Shown piece after piece: positions 54,973-64,000 of a DNA stretch of 64,000 nucleotides. Position 1 is the first letter of the stretch. Each line of letters opens with the position of its first letter. The translations under genes were made by a program, and so were the position numbers. This stretch comes from an uncultured Myxococcales bacterium (GTDB taxonomy: Bacteria > Myxococcota_A > UBA9160 > UBA4427), in contig CBFDDD010000013.1 of the NCBI GenBank assembly GCA_965603475.1, forward strand, positions 2,687 to 66,686. The letters are read 5' to 3'. The notes under the pieces were generated by a model. It ran no database searches, was not told where the DNA came from, and saw only the letters and a program-made list of their open reading frames with translations.

Positions 54973-56178
54973 ATGAGCGGAGCGCCATCGAAGGTCCCAG
55001 CCGTCGGGGACAAGCACCGAGCGACTCGTCGAATTCGATGCGATGATGTCGACGAGGAGGAGATCTTCGCCGTGACCACGACGCCTGCTGGTCCGGCCGG
55101 CTTTCGACCGGTCGTATTCCGCCATCTACTGCTCCACCAGCTTTCGTTCGTGCCGGCGGGGCTCGCATTCGTGTACGTCTTGACCGGTCCCCACCTGTGG
55201 TGGCAGTCGCTGCTCCTCCTCGTTCCGCTCTTGCTATTCCAGCTCGCGGACAACTTTTCGCCCAACGAGACCCGCCAACCGCCCGACGAGATGCCGCGAT
55301 TTCCCTTCGACGCGATGCTCTACGTCATGTTTGTGATGCGGCTCGCGACGGTCGTACTCGGGGCGCGATTGATCTCGCAGATCGGCTTCCTCTCTCTCGA
55401 CGGGCTGCTCATGCTGCTACTCGTCGGGGGCAGCGGCGGCTTCAGCATCATTACCGCCCACGAGTTGATCCACCGCCGAGAGGCCCACTTCCGCATGATG
55501 GGTCGCATCATGCTGGGCGTCGTGCTCTACGAGCATTTCTATACCGAGCACGTACGCGGCCATCACGTGCGCGTGGGTACGCTGAACGATCCGGCCACCG
55601 CGAGCTTTGGCGAGCGCTTCGGGGCGTTCTACAAACGCACCGTGCCCGCGCAGTTTCGAAGCGCATGGCGGCTGGAGACGAAGCGGCTCGGGGACGTCGA
55701 CATGGGCCTCTTCGATCGGCGCATCCTGAAAAGTCGCGTCCTGCACGGACTCGTCGCCGAGTGGGCGTTCGCGATCGTGATCTTCGGCGTCTTCGGCTGG
55801 CGCGCCTTTGTCTTTCAACTCGTGCAGGCCAGCATGGCCGTCACGGCCCTCGAGGTCGTCAACTACTTCGAGCACTGGGGACTGCAGAGATCGCCCGGCA
55901 CGCGTGTTCAGCCGACCGACTCCTGGGACACCACGAACAAGGTCACCCTCTACGGGCTCGTCGGCCTCTCCCGCCATGCCGACCACCACGCCTTCGCGAG
56001 CAGGCCCTTCCAACAGCTACGACACTGGGACGAAAGCCCCAAGCTGCCGCGGGGCTACCCGGGCATGATTCGCCTCGTTCTCTTCAACAACCGCAGGTTC
56101 CAGCTACAGATGACCGAAGCCCTGAAGCGCGCGAGGCTCGGACCCTTCCGCGAGGAGATCGACCCGGCCTCGCTGTGA
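54973..56178 (+). CDS. AlkB-like membrane di-iron hydroxylase / fatty-acid desaturase family protein
   Basis: Histidine boxes HELIHR, EHVRGHH, NYFEHWGL and LSRHADHHA. The start is uncertain (ATG 54973 chosen). Confidence 0.8.
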   Translation: MSGAPSKVPAVGDKHRATRRIRCDDVDEEEIFAVTTTPAGPAGFRPVVFRHLLLHQLSFVPAGLAFVYVLTGPHLWWQSLLLLVPLLLFQLADNFSPNETRQPPDEMPRFPFDAMLYVMFVMRLATVVLGARLISQIGFLSLDGLLMLLLVGGSGGFSIITAHELIHRREAHFRMMGRIMLGVVLYEHFYTEHVRGHHVRVGTLNDPATASFGERFGAFYKRTVPAQFRSAWRLETKRLGDVDMGLFDRRILKSRVLHGLVAEWAFAIVIFGVFGWRAFVFQLVQASMAVTALEVVNYFEHWGLQRSPGTRVQPTDSWDTTNKVTLYGLVGLSRHADHHAFASRPFQQLRHWDESPKLPRGYPGMIRLVLFNNRRFQLQMTEALKRARLGPFREEIDPASL

Positions 56179-56624
56179 TTGCGACCGACTCGGCTCGTCA
56201 GCCGGGCTTACGTCCGACGAGCTCGACGACGGACGCGAGGCAACCTTGAGGCCGTTTCTACAGCAGAGTCAGGCCGAGCTGGCCGGAGGGGTGGGGGAGA
56301 GCGCGGAGCGCGCTCGACTACTACGAGAGGCGCACAGCGGATTCGAGGCAATCGGAGCGCCGCTACGGGCCGGGCGGGCGGACGAGTAACGCGGAGCTGT
56401 CCGGACTTCAGCCCCCACTATTGCGGTCAGTCCTCGCCGGTCTGCTCTGGAGATGTGCGGAGTGCCTCGAAACTCATATGTCTCCTTGCGGAGGATGCTC
56501 GGCGGAGCTTGGAACGGATGACTTGCAGTCGCACAATATCTAGAGCTGCATCGCAGGAGATTCTGTAGAACCTCGCTTCTTGACCCATCCCCGGCCAATC
56601 CGGCCGATTCAAAGGAGATTGTTT

Positions 56625-57029
56625 TTGAGACTCGAACGTACGATCAGGATCGGAATCACGACGCTGCTGGCCCTCGCAATCGCGAGCTTCATGTCGAGTT
56701 CCGCCTTCGCGGACTCTCATGAGGGGTTGGCCGCCGAAGCCCAGGGCATGGGCGACGCGATGAAGAAGTCCGGCGAGGACACCGCCGAAGCTGCCAAGCA
56801 CAAGGGCAAGGACAAAGCCAGCTCTGAAACGGAGCGAGCCGAAAAGAAGGCCGAAAAGCAGCAGACCAAGGCCGCAGAAAAGGCGGAGAGGGAGCAGGCC
56901 AAAGCCGCCAAAAAAGCAGATAAGGCGAATGCCAGCGCTAAGAAGAGCGTAGACAAGGGCATCGCGAAGGGGAACGAGGAAGCGGACGCCGCCGTCAAGA
57001 AGCTCGACGGGCTGGGGACGCCGGAGTAG
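56625..57029 (+). CDS. secreted Lys/Ala/Glu-rich low-complexity protein
   Basis: TTG 56625 lies 7 nt after AAAGGAG. Signal peptide RLERTIRIGITTLLALAIASFMSSSAFA, then AEKKAEKQQTKAAEKAEREQAKAAKKADKA. Confidence 0.6.
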   Translation: MRLERTIRIGITTLLALAIASFMSSSAFADSHEGLAAEAQGMGDAMKKSGEDTAEAAKHKGKDKASSETERAEKKAEKQQTKAAEKAEREQAKAAKKADKANASAKKSVDKGIAKGNEEADAAVKKLDGLGTPE

Positions 57030-57098
57030 TCATCTCTCCCTGGTCGGCCGAAGCGCGTCGCGTCGCAGACGATGTCGCGTTTCGAACCCGAAGCAATG

Positions 57099-57141
57099 CA
57101 GCCCCGTTAGGCATTAGGCCTTTCGGGGCTGTTCTCGTTTC
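57099..57141 (+). terminator. rho-independent terminator candidate
   Basis: CAGCCCCG..AGGC-attag-GCCT..CGGGGCTG followed by TTCTCGTTTC, 70 nt after the stop at 57029. Confidence 0.55.
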
Positions 57142-57208
57142 GGAAAGCAGATGCGGCAGCGATGCAGACGACTCGAGCAGGGGACGAACCGCCACTTAGC
57201 TGAAAAGA

Positions 57209-58036
57209 TCAATTTCGGAGGCCGCCACTGGCAACGATGATCTCGCCGGTGATGAAGTCCGACTCGGGCAGGCAAAAGAGAAGAATCGCTCCGGCACCAT
57301 CCTCGGGCGTTCCCACTCGACCCAACGGCGTCATGCGTTTGTTCAATTCGATGGCTGCCGCCGGCACGCCCACCTTGCGCTTGTGGCCCTTGACTTCGAT
57401 TTCTGGGATTTCCGAGTCGAAGGCCTGGGTGAGTCGGGTGTCGATATGACCGAAAGCGACACAGTTGACGGTCACGTTGTAGCGGCCCCAGTCCTTGGCC
57501 AGGGAACGGGTCATGCCGATGAGCGCCGACTTCGCCGCGGAGTAGCTGAATTGCGTGTCGACACCGTAGAGGCCGGAAATGGACGACACGTTGACCACTT
57601 TGCGCGCTGACTCGGTGTTGCCCCCCTTGTGTTGCTGTCGGAAGTGTCGGCCCGCAGCGCGCAGCAGTCGGAACGGGGCCTTCGCATGCACGTCGAGCAT
57701 GGCATCCCACTGTTCATCCGTATGGTTGACGATGCGCGAGTTCCAGATGTAGCCGGCATTGTTGACGAGAATGTCCAGATCACCGAAGCGAGACACGCAA
57801 GCCTCGACCGCGCGGTCACCAAAGTCTTTTTCAGTAATGTCCCCGGGAAAGCCGATGTAGTGCCCGCCCATCGCGTCGACTTCTGCCTCGAGCGTTTTCA
57901 GTCCGTCCTGATCCAGATCATTCGCAAAAATGTTTGCGCCCTCTGCGGCGAGCTTCAACACCAGTGCCCGACCGATGCCCTGCGCCGTTCCCGTGACGAG
58001 TGCGGTCTTTCCCGAGAGCCTCCCGTCAACCATCAC
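57209..58036 (-). CDS. SDR family oxidoreductase
   Basis: GKTALVTGTAQGIGRA, NNAG, and YSAAK as the YxxxK motif. Confidence 0.9.
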   Translation of the reverse strand: MMVDGRLSGKTALVTGTAQGIGRALVLKLAAEGANIFANDLDQDGLKTLEAEVDAMGGHYIGFPGDITEKDFGDRAVEACVSRFGDLDILVNNAGYIWNSRIVNHTDEQWDAMLDVHAKAPFRLLRAAGRHFRQQHKGGNTESARKVVNVSSISGLYGVDTQFSYSAAKSALIGMTRSLAKDWGRYNVTVNCVAFGHIDTRLTQAFDSEIPEIEVKGHKRKVGVPAAAIELNKRMTPLGRVGTPEDGAGAILLFCLPESDFITGEIIVASGGLRN

Positions 58037-58217
58037 AAGTCATCCTGGCGTTGCAGATCGTGTCTGCTTCCCTCATCTTCACTACCCCTTCGATTCGTGG
58101 AACCCGCATCGCCCGAAAACGGACGACAGTCATAGCCCGCTCGGGCTCCGGCGTGTATCAAGGATAGGCCCCCAGACCAGCGACGTCGGCAGAAAAATCC
58201 CAGACGAGGAACGCATC

Positions 58218-59084
58218 ATGATCACAGGCATGCCACGCATTGCAATTGCGGTCCGCGACTTCGATACGAGCGTCGCCACTTTCAGGGAGAAGCTCGGGAT
58301 GCCCGTCGTCGACCTCTCGGAAAGCAGCGTGAAGAGCCTCGGTGCGAGCCTGGCGCTGTGTGTCCCGGAGGGTGGAAGCAATATCGAAATCATGTCGCCG
58401 GCAGATCCCAGCGCGGCGCTCAGCCAGAGCCTGCAGAGATTCCTCGATCGCCGCGGAGAGGGATTGTTCGCCCTCATGCTCGAAGCCCCGGATCCTGATA
58501 GAGAAGCCGAAGTTCTGTTGGACCGCGGGCTCAACGTGCTTCCCTTGATGAAAGGTGCGAGTGGCCGCGACGTTCACCCCAACTCGACGCATGGCGTTTT
58601 GATCCGCGTGTACCCGGTGGATTCCCTTGCAGGGTACGAGGGCATCGGCCCCATGAACGCGGAAGACAAGCCCGAGCTCTCTGGAATCGCGCGGGTCATC
58701 ATTGCAGTCGAGGATTTGGACAATGCCGTGGATGTCTACGGCACTCGATTCGCCATGGACATGCACATAGACAGGGTTAGTCCGTCGCTGGACGCGGAGC
58801 GGGGAGTGCGAACGGCGATTTGCAGGCCGCCGTCTGGGGGTGTGATCGAACTCGTCTCGGTCAAGGACTCGAAGCGCCCCTTTGCCCGGTCTATCCGGGA
58901 ATTTCTCGACAGAGATCGGGAAGGTATGTTCGCCGTGGTCCTGCAGTCACGCGACTTGCAGTCCTCGCGGCACGCCCTGCTCGCGCGGGGGGTCAACGTC
59001 ACTCCCAGCGACGAATCTCCAGATGTCCTCGAGGTCGAACGCGGCGCGACCTTTGGCATGCGGGTGCGAATCGAAGCGATCTAG
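58218..59084 (+). CDS. two-domain VOC (glyoxalase/bleomycin-resistance/dioxygenase) family protein
   Basis: From ATG 58218: MITGMPRIAIAVRDFDTSVATFREKLGM..., and the second repeat is IARVIIAVEDLDNAVDVYGTRFAM. Confidence 0.8.
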   Translation: MITGMPRIAIAVRDFDTSVATFREKLGMPVVDLSESSVKSLGASLALCVPEGGSNIEIMSPADPSAALSQSLQRFLDRRGEGLFALMLEAPDPDREAEVLLDRGLNVLPLMKGASGRDVHPNSTHGVLIRVYPVDSLAGYEGIGPMNAEDKPELSGIARVIIAVEDLDNAVDVYGTRFAMDMHIDRVSPSLDAERGVRTAICRPPSGGVIELVSVKDSKRPFARSIREFLDRDREGMFAVVLQSRDLQSSRHALLARGVNVTPSDESPDVLEVERGATFGMRVRIEAI

Positions 59085-59159
59085 TACGTGGTCATTCTCG
59101 ACTGGCGGATGTGGCGCAATTCAACTCGCTATGTCGAACGTTAGTCCTGGTGCGGCAGA

Positions 59160-59729
59160 TCAATCCACCGTCCAATACTGCCGTAGCGCCCAGGACGCCT
59201 GGTAGCTGAGCATGGCGATCGCCATGGTGCCGTGAAAACGCGGATTCCGGGTAACCATCGCGACAATGCACAAGATCGGATGAGCCACCCGCGCGATGTG
59301 GTACTCCATGCCCAGGGCCAGCCAGTAGTCCACACCCTTGGCCAACGAGTCGACTACATCGGTGAGACCAATGACCCCCAACAAACCGAAGAGCCAGAGT
59401 CTTCGCGAATAGAAGTAGTCACGATACCCGTCGTAACCCTCTAGGCTGTCCGGAAACAGAATCGAAGCCGTCAGAAACATGAGAACGGCGTACAGCACGA
59501 CGAACATGTATAGCTGGAACGTCCACAACCCGACGTCGCCCAGACTAAATTCCCACCACCACCAGAACACCAACGAAAGGAACACGTAACCAACCCAGCA
59601 CAGATGCACCCAGTAGACAGGCTCTGTATCCGGGTGCTGGATCAATCGCGCAACGCCGCGAAGCAGGTGGGTGATGCCCAGACCGATGATGATCGAGGTG
59701 AGTACAGCGACGTATTCGAAGATGCCCAT
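59160..59729 (-). CDS. hypothetical polytopic membrane protein
   Basis: 189 aa and about 6 TM segments (MGIFEYVAVLTSIIIGLGITHLL...). No family recognised. Confidence 0.6.
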   Translation of the reverse strand: MGIFEYVAVLTSIIIGLGITHLLRGVARLIQHPDTEPVYWVHLCWVGYVFLSLVFWWWWEFSLGDVGLWTFQLYMFVVLYAVLMFLTASILFPDSLEGYDGYRDYFYSRRLWLFGLLGVIGLTDVVDSLAKGVDYWLALGMEYHIARVAHPILCIVAMVTRNPRFHGTMAIAMLSYQASWALRQYWTVD

Positions 59730-59777
59730 GCGTGAGCAGTATAGTACCAGCGGCGGACGAGTGTGTCCGAAGCGGGC

Positions 59778-60536
59778 CTAGCGCCCGGGCCAGTCGACCT
59801 TGCGCCTCTTTGCGAAAGCTTTGACGCCTTCCTTCCGATCTTCTGAGTTCATGACTCGGGTCTGCACCCAATCCGTGACCTGGTCGATTGCGTTGTAGTC
59901 GAGAGTCGAGCCGCGCACCATCAGCTCTTTCATTCCCTGCACCGCCATCGGGCTCAGCTCGCAAAGCCTCTCTGCCGCCTTCTCGGCTTCGGCCATCAGT
60001 TCGTCTCGGGTGACGACCTTGTTCACGAGTCCGACTTGATAGGCGCGCTCCGCATTCACACGCTCGGCCATCAGCAACAATTCGGAGGCAATCGCCCAGG
60101 GCATGATTTTCGGAAACCACGCGGCCGGAATCGTGGCGATTCCCCACTGGGGTTCGGGCAGCCAGAACGAGGTGTCCTCCGCAGCGATTCGGATATCCGC
60201 GTCCAGTGAGATCCACATGCCGTAGCCGACGACATGACCGTGCAACGCGGCGATGATGGGCTTGAAGACGTTCCGCGTCTGTGTGATGTCGGGGAAGTCC
60301 CCGGTATAGCGGTATTTCCCGGTGGTACGCTCGGACAGATCCGCACCCGCGCTGAAACACTTGCCCTTACCCGACAAGATGGCAACGCGTAGGTCGGGAT
60401 CGTCTCTGAAGTCTTCCCAGACCCGACCCAACTCTTCATGCATCTGGTTGTTCATCGCATTGAGCTTGTCTGGGCGATTGAGTGTGACGTACGCGATTGC
60501 ACCCTTCTTTTCATATTCGACGGTGCTGAGTTCCAT
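59778..60536 (-). CDS. enoyl-CoA hydratase/isomerase (crotonase) family protein
   Basis: From ATG 60536: MELSTVEYEKKGAIAYVTLNRPDKLNAMN...GKCFSAGADL. Confidence 0.9.
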   Translation of the reverse strand: MELSTVEYEKKGAIAYVTLNRPDKLNAMNNQMHEELGRVWEDFRDDPDLRVAILSGKGKCFSAGADLSERTTGKYRYTGDFPDITQTRNVFKPIIAALHGHVVGYGMWISLDADIRIAAEDTSFWLPEPQWGIATIPAAWFPKIMPWAIASELLLMAERVNAERAYQVGLVNKVVTRDELMAEAEKAAERLCELSPMAVQGMKELMVRGSTLDYNAIDQVTDWVQTRVMNSEDRKEGVKAFAKRRKVDWPGR

Positions 60537-60691
60537 TTTTTCGGCTTCCTGACAATCTAAGAGAGAAATGGGCTGATTCTCTCTGTACAATTCGTCAACG
60601 CGCCCAAATCGTCCTGTGCAGTATCACATATTTTTTGCGACTCATTCAAATCCGTGAATCGCAAGCCGTCCTCTACTCCAGGAGTTGCCCC

Positions 60692-61108
60692 ATGTCTGTC
60701 GTCATCGAAACTGGTTCATTCGCTGTCCCCGCTTCCAGCCTTTGGAAGCTGGTGAGCGACTTTGGCGGCCTCGACAAGATCATGGACGGCATCGATGAGT
60801 GTGTGCTCGAAGGGGAAGGCATCGGTGCAACCCGAAGGGTGACCCTCGCAAACGGACCGGTGGTGGAGTCTCTCGACGTACTCGATCAAGAAAAGATGAC
60901 CTTGACCTACTCGATTGTCTCTGGGCCTCTGCCTTTCAAGGACTACTCGGCAACAATGGTTGTGACCGAGGACAGCGACGATCGCTGCAGCCTGACCTGG
61001 ACGGGTACTTTCGAAGCCAACGGAGTTCCGAGCGAGAAGGCCAATCGAATCGCACGCGGCATCTACCGCAGCGGCATCGCCGGTTATTCCAAGGCGCTGG
61101 GCCTCTAA
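60692..61108 (+). CDS. SRPBCC (Bet v1-like) family protein
   Basis: From ATG 60692, with SD CCAGGAG: MSVVIETGSFAVPASSLWKLVSDFGGLDKIM... Confidence 0.75.
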   Translation: MSVVIETGSFAVPASSLWKLVSDFGGLDKIMDGIDECVLEGEGIGATRRVTLANGPVVESLDVLDQEKMTLTYSIVSGPLPFKDYSATMVVTEDSDDRCSLTWTGTFEANGVPSEKANRIARGIYRSGIAGYSKALGL

Positions 61109-61463
61109 CACCCCCTAAGAGGTGGACCGCCGATTGGGCCTGGGCCCTCTCGGCCGTCTTGGGGCTGTTAGAGCGCTGTGGGCACAGCCCGGCTGGCCTT
61201 CAGATCGAGCCGCTCACACAGACCCATTCTTCTTTACACCCCCCAGCCGCCAAATCCGGGCCCTGCTTCCCGCAAGGCGGAGAAACGCCAAGCGGAGGTG
61301 CTCCCTGGCTTCCGGTCGCGGCCCGACGGGACCCGATCCCGTTCCTAGTCCGCCAAGCAGCCCCACTTCGACCTCCTTTGCGAACGCGTTCTCTAAGTTT
61401 TCGAAGCGCCACGCTCAAGAAAATCGACCGGAGCGTCGAATGTTCTTGAGTCTCGATCCAATC

Positions 61464-61479
61464 TTGGAGTAGACTCCAA
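61464..61479. promoter_or_regulatory. inverted repeat TTGGAGT-AG-ACTCCAA, candidate TetR operator
   Basis: Perfect 7-bp arms, 28 nt upstream of the TetR start codon. Confidence 0.45.
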
Positions 61480-61506
61480 TTTCATAGAACCCTCCACCCA
61501 TTCAAG

Positions 61507-62184
61507 ATGATGACCCTCCCAGAAGAACCAAATTCCTCTGCACCGGATAGCTCGACCGATGAGCCGCACGTTCCCCTCGGGCGCCGTGAGCGACGAAAGC
61601 TCGAGGTGCGAGAGCGGATCTACTCTGTCGCTCGAGAGCTCTTTGCCAAACAGGGGTTCGAATCCACCACGGTCGACGAGATTGCACGAGTCGCCGACGT
61701 CGCCCCGGCCACCTTTTTCAATCACTTCCAGAGCAAACAGGCTCTGTTGGGCATCATGACCGGGGAGGTCTTCGAGGTTCTCCACTCGATGACTTCGGAG
61801 CATCTCGAAGGCGAAGGGTCGAGTCCCGAAAAACTGCGGGCGTTCATTTCCTCGGCCACCGAAGGCATCTCGGCGAGCCGTGGGATCGCCCGCGACGTGC
61901 TGCTCGAATTCATGCGGAGCGACGCGACGCCCGACGGCCCTCATCCCTATCTCGAACGCGTCTTCGAACCCTTCGTCGCGTTGATCGAGCAAGGCCAGCG
62001 CGCCGGCGAGGTACGAAGCGACTACGACGCAACCTTTCTGGCCCAGATGGCCGCCGGCATGCTGAACTCAGCCATCACGAATTGGCTCGCCAACCCCGAT
62101 TACCCCGTCGAAACCGGCCTCGTAGACGCGGCCGAATTCGCATTGATCACACTTCGTCCCGAATCGGGCGAAGTCTCATCCTAA
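61507..62184 (+). CDS. TetR/AcrR family transcriptional regulator
   Basis: RERIYSVARELFAKQGFESTTVDEIARVADVAPATFFNHFQSKQALL. Confidence 0.85.
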   Translation: MMTLPEEPNSSAPDSSTDEPHVPLGRRERRKLEVRERIYSVARELFAKQGFESTTVDEIARVADVAPATFFNHFQSKQALLGIMTGEVFEVLHSMTSEHLEGEGSSPEKLRAFISSATEGISASRGIARDVLLEFMRSDATPDGPHPYLERVFEPFVALIEQGQRAGEVRSDYDATFLAQMAAGMLNSAITNWLANPDYPVETGLVDAAEFALITLRPESGEVSS

Positions 62185-62198
62185 AGGAACTCTCTCTG

Positions 62199-63449
62199 AT
62201 GGAAATCGACGTCGACTTCTCCCATTCCTCGAGCTGGAATCACGAAATGACCGAGCGGACGCGCTGGCTCCGCGAGAACGAGCCCATTTTCTGGAGCGAG
62301 AAGACCAACCACTTCATCATCAGTCGATTCGAAGACGTGACCTTCGTCTCGAAGAACAACGATGTCTTTTGCTCGGGCCAGGGGGTGCTGCCCGATCCAC
62401 GAATCACGAATATCGGGCTGATCGATGAAGACGAGCCCCGCCATACCGAAATGCGCGGGCTCATCAATCGCGGATTTACCCCCCGCATGGTCAAGCAGTG
62501 GGAAGCCGTTTTTCAGAGGATTACCAACGAAACCCTCGATGAGATCGCTCCGAAGGGTGAATGCGATTTCGTAGAAGACATCGCCGTCCCACTGCCTCTG
62601 CTCCTGATCGCGGAGATGATCGGGATTCGGCGGGAAGATCGCGAACGCTTTCATCAATGGTCCGATGCCATGATCGGATCGACCGGAAACATGGATGACC
62701 CGCTGAAAGTGGCCGCTGCTGCCAACGCGGCGCTCGAATATTTCGCGTATGTGACCGAAATCATCGAAGATCGGCGAAGGAACCCGAAGCAAGACCTCAT
62801 CAGCATCCTCGTTCGTGCCAAGGACGACGGCGTTCTCGTTCAACACGAAGGCGGCTATGAGAGCGATGACGATTTCGGTACCTCGCGATCGGATGAAGAG
62901 CGCGAAATGAGCAACGACGAGCTCATCAAAATGTGTGTCCTGCTCCTGGTTGCTGGAAACGAGACCACTCGAAATGGCCTCTCGGGTGCAATGCAGCTCC
63001 TGATCGAGAATCCTGAGGCGCGTGAACGACTGACAGGGGATCCTTCGCTGATCCCTGCCGCGATCGAGGAGATGCTACGATTGATTTCGCCCGTAGTCTC
63101 CTTCGCGCGGACCGCCACCTGCGATACGGAGCTTCGGGGCGTCCCCATCAAGAAGGGACAGAAGGTCCTGATGATCTATGGCTCCGCGAATCGGGACGCC
63201 GAAGAATTCGAGAATCCAGACGAATTCGATATCGATCGAAACCCGCAACACCTCGCCTTCGGAATTGGAAATCATTTCTGCATGGGCGCAAACCTGGCTC
63301 GCATGGAGCTACGTGTCGCACTGGCTGAGCTACTCCGACGAATCCCAGACATGAGCTACGCAACCAACGGCCCGGAGTTCGGTGCGTCAGCCCTGGTCCG
63401 CAGCGTCGCGCACATGCACGTACGCTTCTCGCCAGAAAAGCCTGACTAG
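62199..63449 (+). CDS. cytochrome P450
   Basis: Heme-binding loop FGIGNHFCMGANLA, I-helix LLLVAGNETT and the EEMLR (ExxR) motif. Confidence 0.9.
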   Translation: MEIDVDFSHSSSWNHEMTERTRWLRENEPIFWSEKTNHFIISRFEDVTFVSKNNDVFCSGQGVLPDPRITNIGLIDEDEPRHTEMRGLINRGFTPRMVKQWEAVFQRITNETLDEIAPKGECDFVEDIAVPLPLLLIAEMIGIRREDRERFHQWSDAMIGSTGNMDDPLKVAAAANAALEYFAYVTEIIEDRRRNPKQDLISILVRAKDDGVLVQHEGGYESDDDFGTSRSDEEREMSNDELIKMCVLLLVAGNETTRNGLSGAMQLLIENPEARERLTGDPSLIPAAIEEMLRLISPVVSFARTATCDTELRGVPIKKGQKVLMIYGSANRDAEEFENPDEFDIDRNPQHLAFGIGNHFCMGANLARMELRVALAELLRRIPDMSYATNGPEFGASALVRSVAHMHVRFSPEKPD

Positions 63450-63461
63450 CCCAAGGACGTT

Positions 63462-64000
63462 ATGCAGAGCGGCGAACGCGCCCTGATCTTCGACATGGAT
63501 GGCGTCTTGATCGACTCCGAGCCGCTCTGGCGGCGCGCGGAAGTCGAAATCTTTGCGGAGGTGGGGCTCGCACTCGAGGAGTCGGACTGTTTTCAGACCC
63601 AGGGACTTCGAATCGATGAAGCCGTCGCCTTCTGGTACGAACGAGCCCCGTGGGCCGACCGCTCGATCGACGACGTCGCGAATTCGATCGTGTCACGCGT
63701 GGCCGGGCTCATCCGAAGCGAAGGCGAACCCATGCCGGGTGTGCTGGCTTCGATCGATTGGGCCGCCAAGTCGCACTGGAGACTCGCTCTCGCGTCCTCC
63801 TCTCCGAAGTACTTGATCGAGACCGTGCTCAATCGATTCGACATGGCCAATCTCTTCGAATGTACTCGCTCCGCCGAAGACGAAGTCTCCGGCAAACCTC
63901 ATCCGGACGTCTATTTGTCGGCCGCTCGCGACCTTCTGCTCGAACCAGCGGCCTGTGTGGCGGTCGAGGACTCTCCAAACGGGATGGACTCAGCGCTCGC
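63462..64000 (+). CDS. HAD-superfamily hydrolase (beta-phosphoglucomutase/HxpB-like), 3' end beyond the window
   Basis: MQSGERALIFDMDGVLIDSEPLW (DxDG motif) ...SGKPHPDVYL...AVEDSPNG. Absent from the ORF track because it runs off the edge. Confidence 0.85.
   Translation, partial: MQSGERALIFDMDGVLIDSEPLWRRAEVEIFAEVGLALEESDCFQTQGLRIDEAVAFWYERAPWADRSIDDVANSIVSRVAGLIRSEGEPMPGVLASIDWAAKSHWRLALASSSPKYLIETVLNRFDMANLFECTRSAEDEVSGKPHPDVYLSAARDLLLEPAACVAVEDSPNGMDSAL

Noticed and set aside
55197-56249. 350-aa Arg-rich ORF in an alternate frame of the AlkB-like gene
   Set aside because: The overlapping frame carries all four histidine boxes of the AlkB/desaturase family. This frame is Arg/Pro-rich nonsense.
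56179-56624. 129-aa Arg-rich ORF and other frames in the gap after the AlkB-like gene
   Set aside because: Composition is Arg/Gly-rich with no start context. One frame (..LRPFLQQSQAELAGGVGESAERARLLREAH..) looks mildly protein-like, but it has no start codon apart from a TTG and no recognisable family.
1-64000. Scan for CRISPR arrays, tRNA/rRNA genes, IS elements, integrases or phage and defence genes, and for att-like direct repeats flanking the 28.3-47.6 kb island
   Set aside because: I recognised nothing of this kind by eye. The island edges show only gene remnants and non-coding gaps. A proper tRNAscan, Infernal and repeat search is still needed before concluding absence.

Overview
GC-rich bacterial chromosomal fragment with about 65 supportable protein-coding genes. 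I saw no rRNA, tRNA, CRISPR array, transposase or integrase. Many long antisense or alternate-frame ORFs in the track are Arg/Pro-rich shadows and were not called. Layout: (1) 1-11.3 kb holds a partial SDR, then a MerR-led complete menaquinone operon, menG-menF-menD-menH-menB-menA-menC-menE, with overlapping start and stop codons. (2) 11.3-28.3 kb holds an AhpD/CMD-family gene split by an in-frame TGA (predicted selenoprotein), a hydrolase, an MFS transporter, a lytic transglycosylase, a GST-like gene, an SDR/EthD/SnoaL/LLM/CoA-transferase/thiolase catabolic cluster, a DUF3604 gene and several gene remnants. (3) 28.35-47.55 kb looks like a light/UV/photo-oxidative-stress island. It has two CarH-type (MerR plus B12-binding, Wx9EH and ExH motifs) regulators, and each sits on a near-identical AT-rich bidirectional promoter/operator module. 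It also carries an RpoD-like sigma factor, a CPD photolyase, ybgA, DUF1295, SRPBCC, DCC, TIGR01777, PPOX-like, chalcone-isomerase-like and acyltransferase genes. Two peroxiredoxin-like paralogs are present. One of them has TGA in place of the first Cys of CxxC, is followed by a SECIS-like hairpin, and is fused to an SDR domain. (4) 47.9-64 kb holds a TPR membrane protein, a CoA-transferase, gltA, an oleate hydratase, an AlkB-like desaturase/hydroxylase, SDR, VOC, crotonase, TetR plus P450, and a partial HAD hydrolase. The main leads are the two recoded UGA genes and the duplicated CarH/sigma promoter architecture. All functional calls rest on motif recognition by eye, because no database search was possible.
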